Positions 55,538 to 64,000 of a stretch of 64,000 nucleotides of DNA are shown here, piece by piece. Where the stretch lies: contig JALOQC010000017.1 of assembly GCA_025453555.1 (NCBI GenBank), forward strand, positions 3,868-67,867, read 5' to 3'. The notes below the pieces were generated by a model. It was not told the DNA's origin. It saw nothing but the letters and a program-made list of their open reading frames with translations, and searched no databases. The translations under genes and the position numbers were made by a program. This DNA comes from Myxococcota bacterium. GTDB taxonomy: Bacteria > Myxococcota_A > Polyangia > Polyangiales > Houyiibacteriaceae. The stretch's first letter is position 1. The number at the start of each line of letters is the position of its first letter.

Positions 55538-56935
55538 GAAGGTCGTCGGCTCGTCCTCGCGAGGGAAGATCGCGGTCCACCCCGGCGGCACCGCGGGCTC
55601 GCTGCGCTCGTAGAGCACGCGCGCATCGCGCGGCGAGAGGTTCACGCAGCCGTGGCTCCGTCGGCGCCCGAAGTCGTCGTGCCAGAACGCCGCGTGCAGC
55701 CCGTTGGCGCCCTCGAAGTACTGCACCCAGGGCACCCGCTCGATCGCGTAGTTGTGCTCCGCGTCGACGCGCTCGAGATCGTCCATGTCGCTGTACGCGA
55801 GCTTGACCCACGTGCGGTGCAGTCCAGGCGGCGTCGCGGTCGGGCCCGCGCGTCCGCTGCTCACGAGCGTCGCGTAGAGCGCGCGATCGCCGCGGAAGAA
55901 GACGAGCACTTGGCTGCGCACGTCCACGTCGATCCACGTTCCGTCCGCGGGCACGCCTTCGGGGCGCGGCGTCGGTCGCCACGTGTGCAGGCCGCTCGTG
56001 CGCGCGAAGGTTCCGTCGACGAGCTCCGCCCAGCCGCGCTCGATCGTGCGCACCTTCAACACCTCGCGCGCGCCCGCGCGCCGCAGCACGCGCCCGCCGC
56101 GACGCTCGTGGATCGTGGTGCCACCGCGCTTCACCCACGCGACGTCCATCGTCCCTTCGAGCTCGACGCCCACGAAGTCGCTGCCTCGCGCCATGCGCAG
56201 CGAGTCGGCGTCCACGTAGAGCCCGCGCAGCGTGCGGGCCCAGCGCGCGCCGTCGTGCCGCACGAAGCCCGTGACCACGATCCCGAAGCCTTCGCCGAGC
56301 GCGGAGTAGTAGTCGTCGGTGAGCGCGTCGCGCGGGTGGATGAACGCGCGCGTGCCGTCGAACGCGACGAACGCGTAGTCGTAGGGGAGGTGGCGACCTT
56401 CGCCGATCGTCGGCACCACGGGGCGCGCGATCGGTGCGTCCACGATGGCGACGTGGTGCCCACACACCCACGCGCCGTCGTCGACCGCGTACCACTCGAC
56501 GGGGCAGCCTTCACCCGCGACGCGCGCGCGGATCTCGAAGCGAGCACCGAGCGCGAGGGTGCCGCGGCGTGGCGCGTCGGCGCGCGGTGCCAGGTAGACC
56601 GCGGCGTCGGCGTTCTGGATCTCGATCGTGCGCACCCTCGGCGCAGGTCGGCTCGACGCGGGGCGGTTCGACGCGGGGTGGTTCGGCGCGGGGTGGTTCG
56701 GCGCAGGGCGGTTCGGCGCGGGGTGGTTCGGCGCAGGGCGGTTCGGCGCGGGGTGGTTCGGCGCGGGGTGGTTCGGCGCGGGGTGGTTCGGCGCGGGGCG
56801 GTTCGGCGCAGGGCGGTTCGACGCTGGGCTGGGCGCGATCCGCGCGTTCGGAGGCTGCGCGCGGGGCTGTGCGTCGCTCCCCGCCGCGAGGGCGGCGCCG
56901 AGCGCGACGAGGATCCCGAGCACGACGCGTCGCAT
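55520..56935 (-). CDS. L,D-transpeptidase (YkuD domain) with an N-terminal PAPN(H/R) pentapeptide repeat linker
   Basis: The catalytic motif is RRSHGCVNLSPRDARVLY. The signal peptide is MRRVVLGILVALGAALAAG. A 15-nt in-frame repeat of about 12.6 copies lies at 56639-56827. Confidence 0.85.
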   Translation of the reverse strand: MRRVVLGILVALGAALAAGSDAQPRAQPPNARIAPSPASNRPAPNRPAPNHPAPNHPAPNHPAPNRPAPNHPAPNRPAPNHPAPNHPASNRPASSRPAPRVRTIEIQNADAAVYLAPRADAPRRGTLALGARFEIRARVAGEGCPVEWYAVDDGAWVCGHHVAIVDAPIARPVVPTIGEGRHLPYDYAFVAFDGTRAFIHPRDALTDDYYSALGEGFGIVVTGFVRHDGARWARTLRGLYVDADSLRMARGSDFVGVELEGTMDVAWVKRGGTTIHERRGGRVLRRAGAREVLKVRTIERGWAELVDGTFARTSGLHTWRPTPRPEGVPADGTWIDVDVRSQVLVFFRGDRALYATLVSSGRAGPTATPPGLHRTWVKLAYSDMDDLERVDAEHNYAIERVPWVQYFEGANGLHAAFWHDDFGRRRSHGCVNLSPRDARVLYERSEPAVPPGWTAIFPREDEPTTFVNVRE

Positions 56936-57174
56936 CGCCCGATCGTAGCGCGCGTCGTCCGAGACGGCCTGCTTTCGACGCGAGCTCGTTCCGCGCGCCC
57001 TCGTTGGGCGTCACCTGGTGCGAGGCGACCTCGTTCTACGCGACCTCGTTCGACACTTCGGTGCGAGCGCGCTTCGACGCCGTGGTTTTCCACGCGCCCT
57101 CGTCTCGACGTGTCGCGCGCCGAACGGCCTCGATCACGTCGCGCTCTCGCCGGCCTCGTCGTAGCACTGGCGTC

Positions 57175-58299
57175 ATGGCGGAGAGTAGACCCTTCAAGCT
57201 CTGGTTCGACGCGGCGCTCGTGGAGTCGATGGCGACGCGGCTCTCGGAGGTCGAGCCACGCTTCGACCGTGCCCGCTTCGTCGCGCACGCGACCGACGGG
57301 CTCGACGCGCTCGAGATGATGGGACGCGTGGGGCTGCTCGCGGACGCGCTGCACGTCGCGCTGCCGCGCCCGACCCGCGCGGCGCTGCGTGCGCTCGTGG
57401 CCTCGATGCCGCCACCCGCGCAGAGCGACGAGGCGATCACGAGCTACGGCTACGCGCTCTGGCCCTACGGCGAGCACATCGCGCGCTACGGCCTCGATGA
57501 CGTCGACGCGAGCTTCGACGCGATGATCGCGCTCACTCAACGCTTCAGCGCGGAGTTCGCGGTGCGCCCGTTCCTCGCCGCCGACGCCGACGGGATCCTC
57601 GATCGGCTCGAAGCGCTCGTGACGCATCCGAGCCTCCACGTGCGGCGCTGGGTCAGCGAAGGCACCCGCACGCGACTGCCTTGGGGCAAGCGGGTGCCCG
57701 CGCTCGAAGCGCGCGCGCCGCGACGTCTCGCGCTGCTCGCGAAGCTCCGCCACGATCCCGAGCGCTACGTTCGACGTTCGGTCGCGAACCACCTGCAGGA
57801 CGCGCTCAAGGACGATCGCGCGCTCGCGTTCCCGGTGCTCGAGGCCTGGGCGCGCGAGGGGCATCCCGCGACCGAGTGGATCGCGAAGCACGCGGCGCGC
57901 GGGCTGCTGAAGGCGGGCGATCCGGACGCGCTCGCGCTCTTCGGGCACGCGCCGGTGGCGGTCGACGTGCGGAGCTTCGACGTGAAGCCGAAGCGGGTCG
58001 CGATCGGGGACGAGGTGATCTTGGAGGTCCGGCTGCACAACCCGAACGAGGCCGCGATCACGGCGCGCGTCGACTTCGTGCTCGAGAGTCCGTCGCGCAA
58101 GGGCGCCGACGCGAAGCCCACGAAGAAGACCTTCCGCTTCGCGGACGTGCCGCTCGCGCCGGGCGAAGAAGCGAGTCGGCAGAGCAGACATCGCTTCGTG
58201 CATCGGACCATCCGCACCGTGCGGGCGGGCGTCCACCGCTTCGAGCTCCGCGTGAACGGGGAAGCGCGTGGGGTGGTCGAGGTGAAGGTGCGGGAGTGA
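57175..58299 (+). CDS. DNA alkylation repair protein (AlkD-like HEAT-repeat family, PF08713-like)
   Basis: HVRRWVSEGTRTRLPWG...LRHDPERYVRRSVANHLQDALKDD matches the conserved core of this family. Start taken at MAESRPF. Confidence 0.75.
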   Translation: MAESRPFKLWFDAALVESMATRLSEVEPRFDRARFVAHATDGLDALEMMGRVGLLADALHVALPRPTRAALRALVASMPPPAQSDEAITSYGYALWPYGEHIARYGLDDVDASFDAMIALTQRFSAEFAVRPFLAADADGILDRLEALVTHPSLHVRRWVSEGTRTRLPWGKRVPALEARAPRRLALLAKLRHDPERYVRRSVANHLQDALKDDRALAFPVLEAWAREGHPATEWIAKHAARGLLKAGDPDALALFGHAPVAVDVRSFDVKPKRVAIGDEVILEVRLHNPNEAAITARVDFVLESPSRKGADAKPTKKTFRFADVPLAPGEEASRQSRHRFVHRTIRTVRAGVHRFELRVNGEARGVVEVKVRE

Positions 58300-58373
58300 T
58301 CGCGCGTGCGGCGGGGCCCTCGGTGGGGCGACGTCGCGTTGCCCTCGCGGCTCGCGCCTCGCAGGTTGCGCGC

Positions 58374-59720
58374 GTGCTCGTTTCGTTTCGTCGGAAGAAG
58401 TCCGCCCTCGCGTCGCTCGTCTCTCTCGCGCCGCTCGTCTGCCTCGTGGCCTGCGAGAGCTCCATCCCGCCTGCCACGGTCGAGGTCCGCGTGATCACGC
58501 CCACCTCGGCGGACCCCTTCGACGGCGAGCCGATCACCCGCGTGACGCTCGAGCTCCAGCAAGAAGGCGCGGAGCCGGTGCGCGTGGTGGAGGACGTCGA
58601 CGACGACTTCGATCTCGGCCTCGCGCTCACGGATCTGACGCTGCGCACGCGCACGCGCGTGATCCTCGAAGGTGCGGACGGAGTCCTGCTGCACGGCGCG
58701 GCGCCTCCCTTCGTTCCGCTCGCGTCCGGTGGGCTCGTCCGCATCGTCGTCGGTCCGCCCGGGGCGTGCGCGGTGGTCGGTCGCGCGCAGCTCCCCGCCG
58801 CGCGGGCGCGACGCGGACACGCGCTCGTCGACACCTTCGCGGTCTTCGTGGCCGGCCTCGACGCGGAGGGCGCGGCCTCGAACAACGTGACCAGCCTCGA
58901 CCTGCTTCGCTTCGACGCGCTCGACGACGTGACGACCGAAGGCGCGCTCCCCGCGCTCACGCGGCTCCGTGGTCCCGCGCGCGCGGCGGCGTTCGGCGTC
59001 TCACGCCTCGTGATCGTCGGAGACGACGCGGCGGTCCGCTACGACCTCGGGGTCTTCGAAGGACGCGAGGCCGCGCTCGAGCTCCACGAGGGCGCGGATC
59101 TCGGCAGCGCGTTCGGCTCGGTCGGCAACGCGGCGATCGTCGCGGGTGGATCGAGCGAAGGCGCGACGTGGATCACCGCCGAGGAGCGGCGCATCCCGAT
59201 CGCGCTGCAGGGCGCACGCGCGGACGGCGCGTTGATCGCGGTCGGCGACGCGGCGCTCCTGTCGGGCGGCGTGGTCGCCGAAGGTGCACCGCTCGCGGAG
59301 CTGCTGCGCGCCGACGGATCGAGCGTCCCGGTCGAAGGCGCGGCCGACGGCGTGCGACGTCACGGGCGCTTCGTCGTCGCGGGCGACGTGGTCCTCTTGG
59401 TCGGCGGCGTCGACGCAGGCGGCGCGCTGCGCTCGGACACCGTCGCGTTCCGCGGCTGCCCGAGCGCGTGCGTGGCGAGCGCGGGACCCACGTGGGACGA
59501 GCCGCGCGAAGGCCTCGCCACCACGGGCGATCTGCTCGTCGCGGGCGATCGCGTGGAGCGCTTCACGGGCGACGCGATCGTGCCCCACGCGACCCTCGCG
59601 GTGGCACGCCGAGACCCGCTCGTGGCACGCCTCGAGAGCGGCGTGCTCCTCGTCGGCGGCGGCGAGCCCGCACGACGCGACGTGGAGCTGTGCTTCCCCG
59701 AAACCCTCGACCCGCTCTGA
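58374..59720 (+). CDS. Hypothetical lipoprotein, Gly/Ala/Val-rich (possibly Kelch/beta-propeller-like)
   Basis: A GTG start gives (M)LVSFRRKKSALASLVSLAPLVCLVACESS (lipobox). Recurrent ...VVGG/VAGG/LVGG... strand motifs follow. An alternative GTG at 58296 overlaps the upstream stop. Confidence 0.55.
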   Translation: MLVSFRRKKSALASLVSLAPLVCLVACESSIPPATVEVRVITPTSADPFDGEPITRVTLELQQEGAEPVRVVEDVDDDFDLGLALTDLTLRTRTRVILEGADGVLLHGAAPPFVPLASGGLVRIVVGPPGACAVVGRAQLPAARARRGHALVDTFAVFVAGLDAEGAASNNVTSLDLLRFDALDDVTTEGALPALTRLRGPARAAAFGVSRLVIVGDDAAVRYDLGVFEGREAALELHEGADLGSAFGSVGNAAIVAGGSSEGATWITAEERRIPIALQGARADGALIAVGDAALLSGGVVAEGAPLAELLRADGSSVPVEGAADGVRRHGRFVVAGDVVLLVGGVDAGGALRSDTVAFRGCPSACVASAGPTWDEPREGLATTGDLLVAGDRVERFTGDAIVPHATLAVARRDPLVARLESGVLLVGGGEPARRDVELCFPETLDPL

Positions 59721-59733
59721 CCTCTCCCGAGAA

Positions 59734-59755
59734 GTCGGCGGCTGACCCCGCCGAC
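59734..59755 (+). terminator. 22-nt hairpin 14 nt after the stop codon (candidate terminator or REP-like element)
   Basis: GTCGGCGG-CTGACC-CCGCCGAC (8-bp stem). It is identical in mRNA sense to the element at 23176-23197. Confidence 0.45.
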
Positions 59756-59904
59756 CCAGTCGGCGCAGCCGACCAGCAACCCAACATGCGCAAACGAGGG
59801 GTTCGAAGAGGGCGAAGCCCCTCGTCGCCGAAGGAGACCGACCGGAGCGAAGCGCAGGGAGTCCTCCGAGGAGGCTGGGGAGCTGGGGAGATCACTCCCC
59901 AGAA

Positions 59905-59919
59905 GTCGGCGCAGCCGAC
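59905..59919 (-). terminator. Short hairpin 6 nt downstream of the DUF1704-like gene stop
   Basis: GTCGGC-GCA-GCCGAC. The same 23-nt sequence AGTCGGCGCAGCCGACCAGCAAC also occurs at 59758-59780. Confidence 0.35.
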
Positions 59920-59925
59920 CAGCAA

Positions 59926-61197
59926 CTACGTCACGATCACGCGGCGCACCGGCGCGGCGTGGACCTCGTCGAGCTCCACCTCCGCGAGGTCGATGCGATC
60001 GCTGAGCGTCGTGAACGCGAGGAAGGCGGCGAGGTTGCGGACGTTCGCCGCCCACGGCGGCACGTAGCGCGGCGGGCTCACGGTGCCGTCGTCGAACGAC
60101 GCTTCGAGGTCGAGCGCGTCGACCAGCGTGAGCCGCCCCGCGAACAAACGCGGGATCAGATCCGGGCGATGATCGGCGATCGCCTTGCGCAAGAAGGTGT
60201 GCACCGCGAAGAGCCCGCGGAGGTACACGACGTCCTTCGTGAACACGTGACGTCCGCGCGGATCGCCGCCGCGGAAGATGCGCATGGTCGTGCGCACCGC
60301 CTCGCCCTCCGGCTCGCCGATCGAGAGCAACCACTCGAAGACCTCGACGAAGTCCGCGCCTTCTTCCGCGTGGTGGATCGCGCGCACGCGGTACGCGAGG
60401 CGGCGCAGGCGCGCGAGATCGATGCTGCCCGTCACGAGCTCCGCGAAGGTCGCGAGCCCCTCTTGGGTCGCGGTGGTGCGCGGCGCGCCGAGGCTCAGCG
60501 CGGTCACGATCGGCTGCGCGCGCCCGTTGCGGCTCGTCAGGCTGTGCACGCCGATCTCGTGCTCGGAGAGCTGCGCGACGTCGTTCTCGGTGAAGACGCT
60601 GCTCGTGTGCAGCCGAACCCGATCCGCGCTCGCGGCCGCCTTCGCGGCGAGGTCGTCGTCGAGCACGATCTCCAGCGGATCGGTGAAGAAGCCGTTCCAG
60701 CGCGCGCGCAATCGCATCGCGACTTCCGTCGCTCCGAGCTGCACGTCCTCGTGATCGTCGTGCGTGGCCTCGAAGAGCGCGGCCGTGACCGCGAGCAGCC
60801 GATCGGCCGCTTCGAGGTGCGAGAGGCTCGAGCCCGTGATGTGCGCCTGCGGGCCACCGAAGAGCTCGCGGCTGATCTGGTGCGCCTTCGCGGTCCCGGC
60901 GGCCCCGATGAGCCCGCAGATCGTGCGGTAGCTGTCTGCGGTGTCCGCGAGGAACTGCCCCACCGGATCGCCGAGATCGACCTCGTCGAGGATCGCGTCG
61001 AGCTCGTCGGTCACCGACGCGGGCAGCGGCCGCGGCTTCGGCGCGATCGGCAGCTCACGACGCCCCTGCCGCCACGCCTCCAGGAACCGCTCCCCGATCG
61101 ACCCCGGCCAGCTCAGCGCCGAGAGCACCTTCACGTCGCGCGCGGCCTCCACGAGCCGCCGACTCTGATCGCGCAGTCGATCCACGCGTCCGATCAT
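59926..61197 (-). CDS. DUF1704 / 'QEGLA motif' flavohemoglobin expression-modulating family protein
   Basis: SEHEIGVHSLTSRNG...TTATQEGLATFAE is the family-defining HExxH-like and QEGLA motif pair. 423 aa. Confidence 0.8.
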   Translation of the reverse strand: MIGRVDRLRDQSRRLVEAARDVKVLSALSWPGSIGERFLEAWRQGRRELPIAPKPRPLPASVTDELDAILDEVDLGDPVGQFLADTADSYRTICGLIGAAGTAKAHQISRELFGGPQAHITGSSLSHLEAADRLLAVTAALFEATHDDHEDVQLGATEVAMRLRARWNGFFTDPLEIVLDDDLAAKAAASADRVRLHTSSVFTENDVAQLSEHEIGVHSLTSRNGRAQPIVTALSLGAPRTTATQEGLATFAELVTGSIDLARLRRLAYRVRAIHHAEEGADFVEVFEWLLSIGEPEGEAVRTTMRIFRGGDPRGRHVFTKDVVYLRGLFAVHTFLRKAIADHRPDLIPRLFAGRLTLVDALDLEASFDDGTVSPPRYVPPWAANVRNLAAFLAFTTLSDRIDLAEVELDEVHAAPVRRVIVT

Positions 61198-61317
61198 CGA
61201 CGCTCCGCGTTCCTCGAGGCTCCCGACGGCGCGCTCATCGGGCCGGAGAATGCCGGAAGTGACGAGAGATTGAAAAGAGCCGCGGTGCTTGCGGCCGCTC
61301 GCGGAGGCCGAGCTCGG

Positions 61318-61944
61318 CTACGCGCGCAGGCCGTCGAGGAAGACCAGCGCGAGCTGCGTGGCGGCCTTGCGGAGCGAGGCCGGATCGGGGGCGCGATCGG
61401 GGGTTCCGAGGGCCCACGTGAGCGCGATGCCGTCGAGCGCACCCCAGAGCGCGCGGGCCATCACGCGGGGGCTCACGTCCTTGCGCAGCACGCCCTTCTT
61501 CTGGCCCTCCGCGATCACGCCCGCGATGAGCTCGAGGTACTGGCGGAAGAGCGGCGCCGCGTACTGCTTGAGGAGCTGCGAGCTCTGCCGGAGGTTTACG
61601 GTGATCACCTCCGCGAGATCGCGCTGCCCTTCGAGCAGCCCGAGCTGCAGCTCGACGATGCGGCGCACCTTGCCTTCGATCGTCTCTTCTTCGTCGAGCG
61701 CGCGACGCAGCACGTCGAGCAGACGTGTGATGCGGTCCTCGAAGATCGAGACCAGGACGTCGTCCTTGTTCTCGAAGTAGAGGTAGATCGTGCCGTCCGC
61801 GACCCCGGCCGCCTTCGCGATCTCGCTCACGCGCGTCGAGTAGAAGCCGTTCTCCGCGAACACCCGGATCGCAGCGCGCAGGATGCGCTCGCGCTTGTCG
61901 CCGGGGGCCTTCTTGCCGCGAGCTTTCGAGCCGTCGTCCTGCAT
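61318..61944 (-). CDS. TetR-family transcriptional regulator
   Basis: KRERILRAAIRVFAENGFYSTRVSEIAKAAGVADGTIYLYFENKDDVL is a canonical TetR N-terminal HTH. Start taken at MQDDGSK. Confidence 0.9.
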   Translation of the reverse strand: MQDDGSKARGKKAPGDKRERILRAAIRVFAENGFYSTRVSEIAKAAGVADGTIYLYFENKDDVLVSIFEDRITRLLDVLRRALDEEETIEGKVRRIVELQLGLLEGQRDLAEVITVNLRQSSQLLKQYAAPLFRQYLELIAGVIAEGQKKGVLRKDVSPRVMARALWGALDGIALTWALGTPDRAPDPASLRKAATQLALVFLDGLRA

Positions 61945-62161
61945 GATCGCGCGTGGGTTTGAAGCGGAATCGTTCGAGGCGAAGCGGACGAAGTCCGCGG
62001 AGCTGAACGATTCCGCGAAACTATCGGACCGCGCGTGAGCGCGGAGCCGATGACTCCCGCCGAACGTGGTCGCGCCGACCACTGAACCGCGATTCAACGC
62101 TCGTTACCATCGCGCGATCGGGCGGTCAACGGCGCGCTCGAAGCCGCACGCGACCCGCCGC

Positions 62162-64000
62162 TCAACGACGCTGCCACGCGCGCGCTTGCTGCGTGCGGCC
62201 CACTGCGATCGCGAACGCGCCCGAACGCAGTGCGCGCACGATCGCCTCCGCCTCTGCCGCGCTCGGCAGCGTCGCGCGCGTGCTGCCCGTGCGCGCCAGG
62301 CGCAGCGCCGCCACGCGCGCGTCCGCACCCGCCCAACGCTCGCGCTCGAAGGCGCGCGCGAGCTCCTCCGCGCTCGGACCTCGCACCCCGCGCGCGCGCT
62401 CGATCACCGCGTCGACCTGCTCGGGCGCCACGTCGATCCCGACCGCCGCCCACGCGCCTCCGCTCGGTCCTTCGCCACCGTCGCGCCAACGCAGCTCCGC
62501 CTCCGCGCCGAGCCGCGCCGCGACCGCGTCCGCGAAGGCCCGCGCGACCACCGCCGCGCCGCTCGAGCTCACGTCGTCCACGCGCCACCCGAGCGCGAGC
62601 CGCACGCGCGGGGCCTCGAAGCGCTCCGCCACGAGCGGCACCGCCTCGCCCCAACGCGCGCGCGTCACGGCCTCGCCGGACGGCAGAAACGAGAGCAGCC
62701 GCGCGCCGAGCTCCGCGCTGCTCCGCGCTTCCACGGGTCCGACCAGCGCGAGCGTGGTGCGTGTCCCGACCCGCGTCGCGCTCGCGAAGGCGCGCGGATC
62801 GATCGTCCGCGACAAGCCGCGGGCGTCGCCCCGCGGCGCGACGGTCGCGAGCGCACCCGGGGTCAGCGCGTGCGCGAGCCAGCCGCGCTCGGGGCTCCGT
62901 CGCCGTGCTTCGAGCGCCCGCAGTCGGATCCGATCGACCTCGCGCAGGCTCGTGGTGCTCGCGCAGCGCACGAGCGCCGCGACCGACTCCCGCGCGCGCG
63001 TCGGATCCGCCGCGCGCGCGACGAGCGAGATCCCCTGCGCCTCGAGCTCGGGCGTCACCTGCTCGAGCGAAGGCTCGCTGGCGCAGCGCGCCGCGAGCAC
63101 GTTCGCGAGCACCGTCGCAGCCGAAGCGTCGGTGCCGTCCGTCTCCAGACCCAGCGCCAGCACGAGCGGGCCTTCGCGCGTCTCCACGCGGACCCGGGCG
63201 CCGTTCTCCGCGCGCGTCTCGGACGCGCGCTCGGTGGTGCGCTCGTCGACGGGGCTCACGTCGCCCAGCGCGGCGATCGCGCGCGCTCGCTCCACCGCGC
63301 TCACGCAGCTCTCGCCGCGCTCCTCCGCACACACCGCACCGACCGCGACGCGCCGCGCGCGCCCTGCCTCTTCCGGCACGTCGTCGTGACGCTCCGCGAG
63401 CCACGCGAGCCCGCGCTGCTCGGCGAGCGTCGCGACGTCGGCCGCCTCGGGCGGTGTGCGCGGCGTCGCGCTCGCGAAGCGGAGCTGCGCCGCGAGCAGC
63501 GGCAACGTCGCGGGCTCCGCGCGCACGATCACACTCGCGCCCTCCCGGTGCGGATAGACCCACACGCCGCGTGCTTCGGGCGCGAGCGCGCGCGCCAACG
63601 CCCACGCTTCGTCGACCGAAGCCGTCGTGGTCGCGAGCGAGAGCGCGGACAGCGGACCCCGCTCGACCTCGCCGAAGGTCTCCGCCTCGATCGCGCCGCG
63701 CGTCGAGCCCGCCGCCGCGGGCGCGCGCTCGAACGCACCCTCGATCGCACGCTGCAGATGTACCTCGTCGACCTCACCGACCACGACGAGCAACGCACGC
63801 TCCGGCCCGAAGGTGCGAGAGAAGAAGCGCTCCACGTCGGCGCGCGAAGGATCGCCTTCGAAGGGCGACGCCGCGGGGCCGAGGAGCCCGCGAAGCGCGA
63901 GCTCGTCCGCACGACGCGCGGGCGACGCGAGCGCGCGACGACGCGAGTCCACGAGTCGCTCCGACAGCTGGCGGTGGCGCGCGTCGTCGAGCGTGCGCGT
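62162..64000 (-). CDS. M16 (pitrilysin/insulinase)-family peptidase-like protein, N-terminus outside the window
   Basis: The reading frame is open to the window edge. ADVERFFSRTFGPERALLVVVGEVDEVHLQRAIEGAF resembles the Peptidase_M16_C core. A second M16_C-like half follows. The catalytic HxxEH, if present, would lie upstream. Confidence 0.6.
   Translation of the reverse strand, partial: TRTLDDARHRQLSERLVDSRRRALASPARRADELALRGLLGPAASPFEGDPSRADVERFFSRTFGPERALLVVVGEVDEVHLQRAIEGAFERAPAAAGSTRGAIEAETFGEVERGPLSALSLATTTASVDEAWALARALAPEARGVWVYPHREGASVIVRAEPATLPLLAAQLRFASATPRTPPEAADVATLAEQRGLAWLAERHDDVPEEAGRARRVAVGAVCAEERGESCVSAVERARAIAALGDVSPVDERTTERASETRAENGARVRVETREGPLVLALGLETDGTDASAATVLANVLAARCASEPSLEQVTPELEAQGISLVARAADPTRARESVAALVRCASTTSLREVDRIRLRALEARRRSPERGWLAHALTPGALATVAPRGDARGLSRTIDPRAFASATRVGTRTTLALVGPVEARSSAELGARLLSFLPSGEAVTRARWGEAVPLVAERFEAPRVRLALGWRVDDVSSSGAAVVARAFADAVAARLGAEAELRWRDGGEGPSGGAWAAVGIDVAPEQVDAVIERARGVRGPSAEELARAFERERWAGADARVAALRLARTGSTRATLPSAAEAEAIVRALRSGAFAIAVGRTQQARAWQRR

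Overview
This is a very GC-rich window (about 70% by eye, not computed). It is densely coding and looks like a Myxococcota chromosome segment. Supporting signs are a MYXO-CTERM-type C-terminal sorting tail, a NIDO-domain protein, MopE-type cysteine-rich lipoproteins and many lipobox signal peptides. The GC richness produces many long 'shadow' ORFs on the opposite strand or in alternative frames. I called genes only where the translation has recognisable family motifs or a clean signal peptide.

About 45 genes are supported:
- Housekeeping: pyk, murB, tex, aguB-like, cysQ-like, yciH/SUI1.
- Regulators and signalling: LysR, AraC, TetR, a Ser/Thr kinase and a MASE1 hybrid histidine kinase.
- Membrane proteases and transport: YhfC, CPBP and an MFS transporter.
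- Peptidases, an L,D-transpeptidase, and several secreted cysteine-rich or beta-helix proteins.

The clearly accessory part is 1-7100:
- The 3' end of an RHS/YD-repeat polymorphic toxin, with a lower-GC HExxH C-terminal tip and a candidate immunity ORF.
- About 1.4 kb made of roughly ten tandem copies of the 5' leader of a decayed RAYT/IS200-like (Y1 transposase-like) gene. That gene is bracketed by inverted arrays of a GGAACGTGCCACC motif.
- At the right end of this element, two 47-nt direct repeats enclose a 56-nt segment identical to the catalytic-Cys-coding region of the aguB-like gene 2.1 kb away.

Other points worth a second look:
- An AAA_5 ATPase / giant HEAT-HExxH-vWA protein / zinc-ribbon beta-helix membrane protein operon.
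- Two intergenic tandem arrays built from the last codons plus stop codon of the adjacent gene.
- (CACGAC)n tracts flanking a 670-bp non-coding leader.
- A small lipoprotein with E-x-S-C-G motifs reminiscent of HvfA-type metallophore precursors.
- Recurring hairpin elements.
- Three disrupted genes.

No tRNA, rRNA or CRISPR array was recognised. All similarity statements come from reading motifs by eye; no database search was run.
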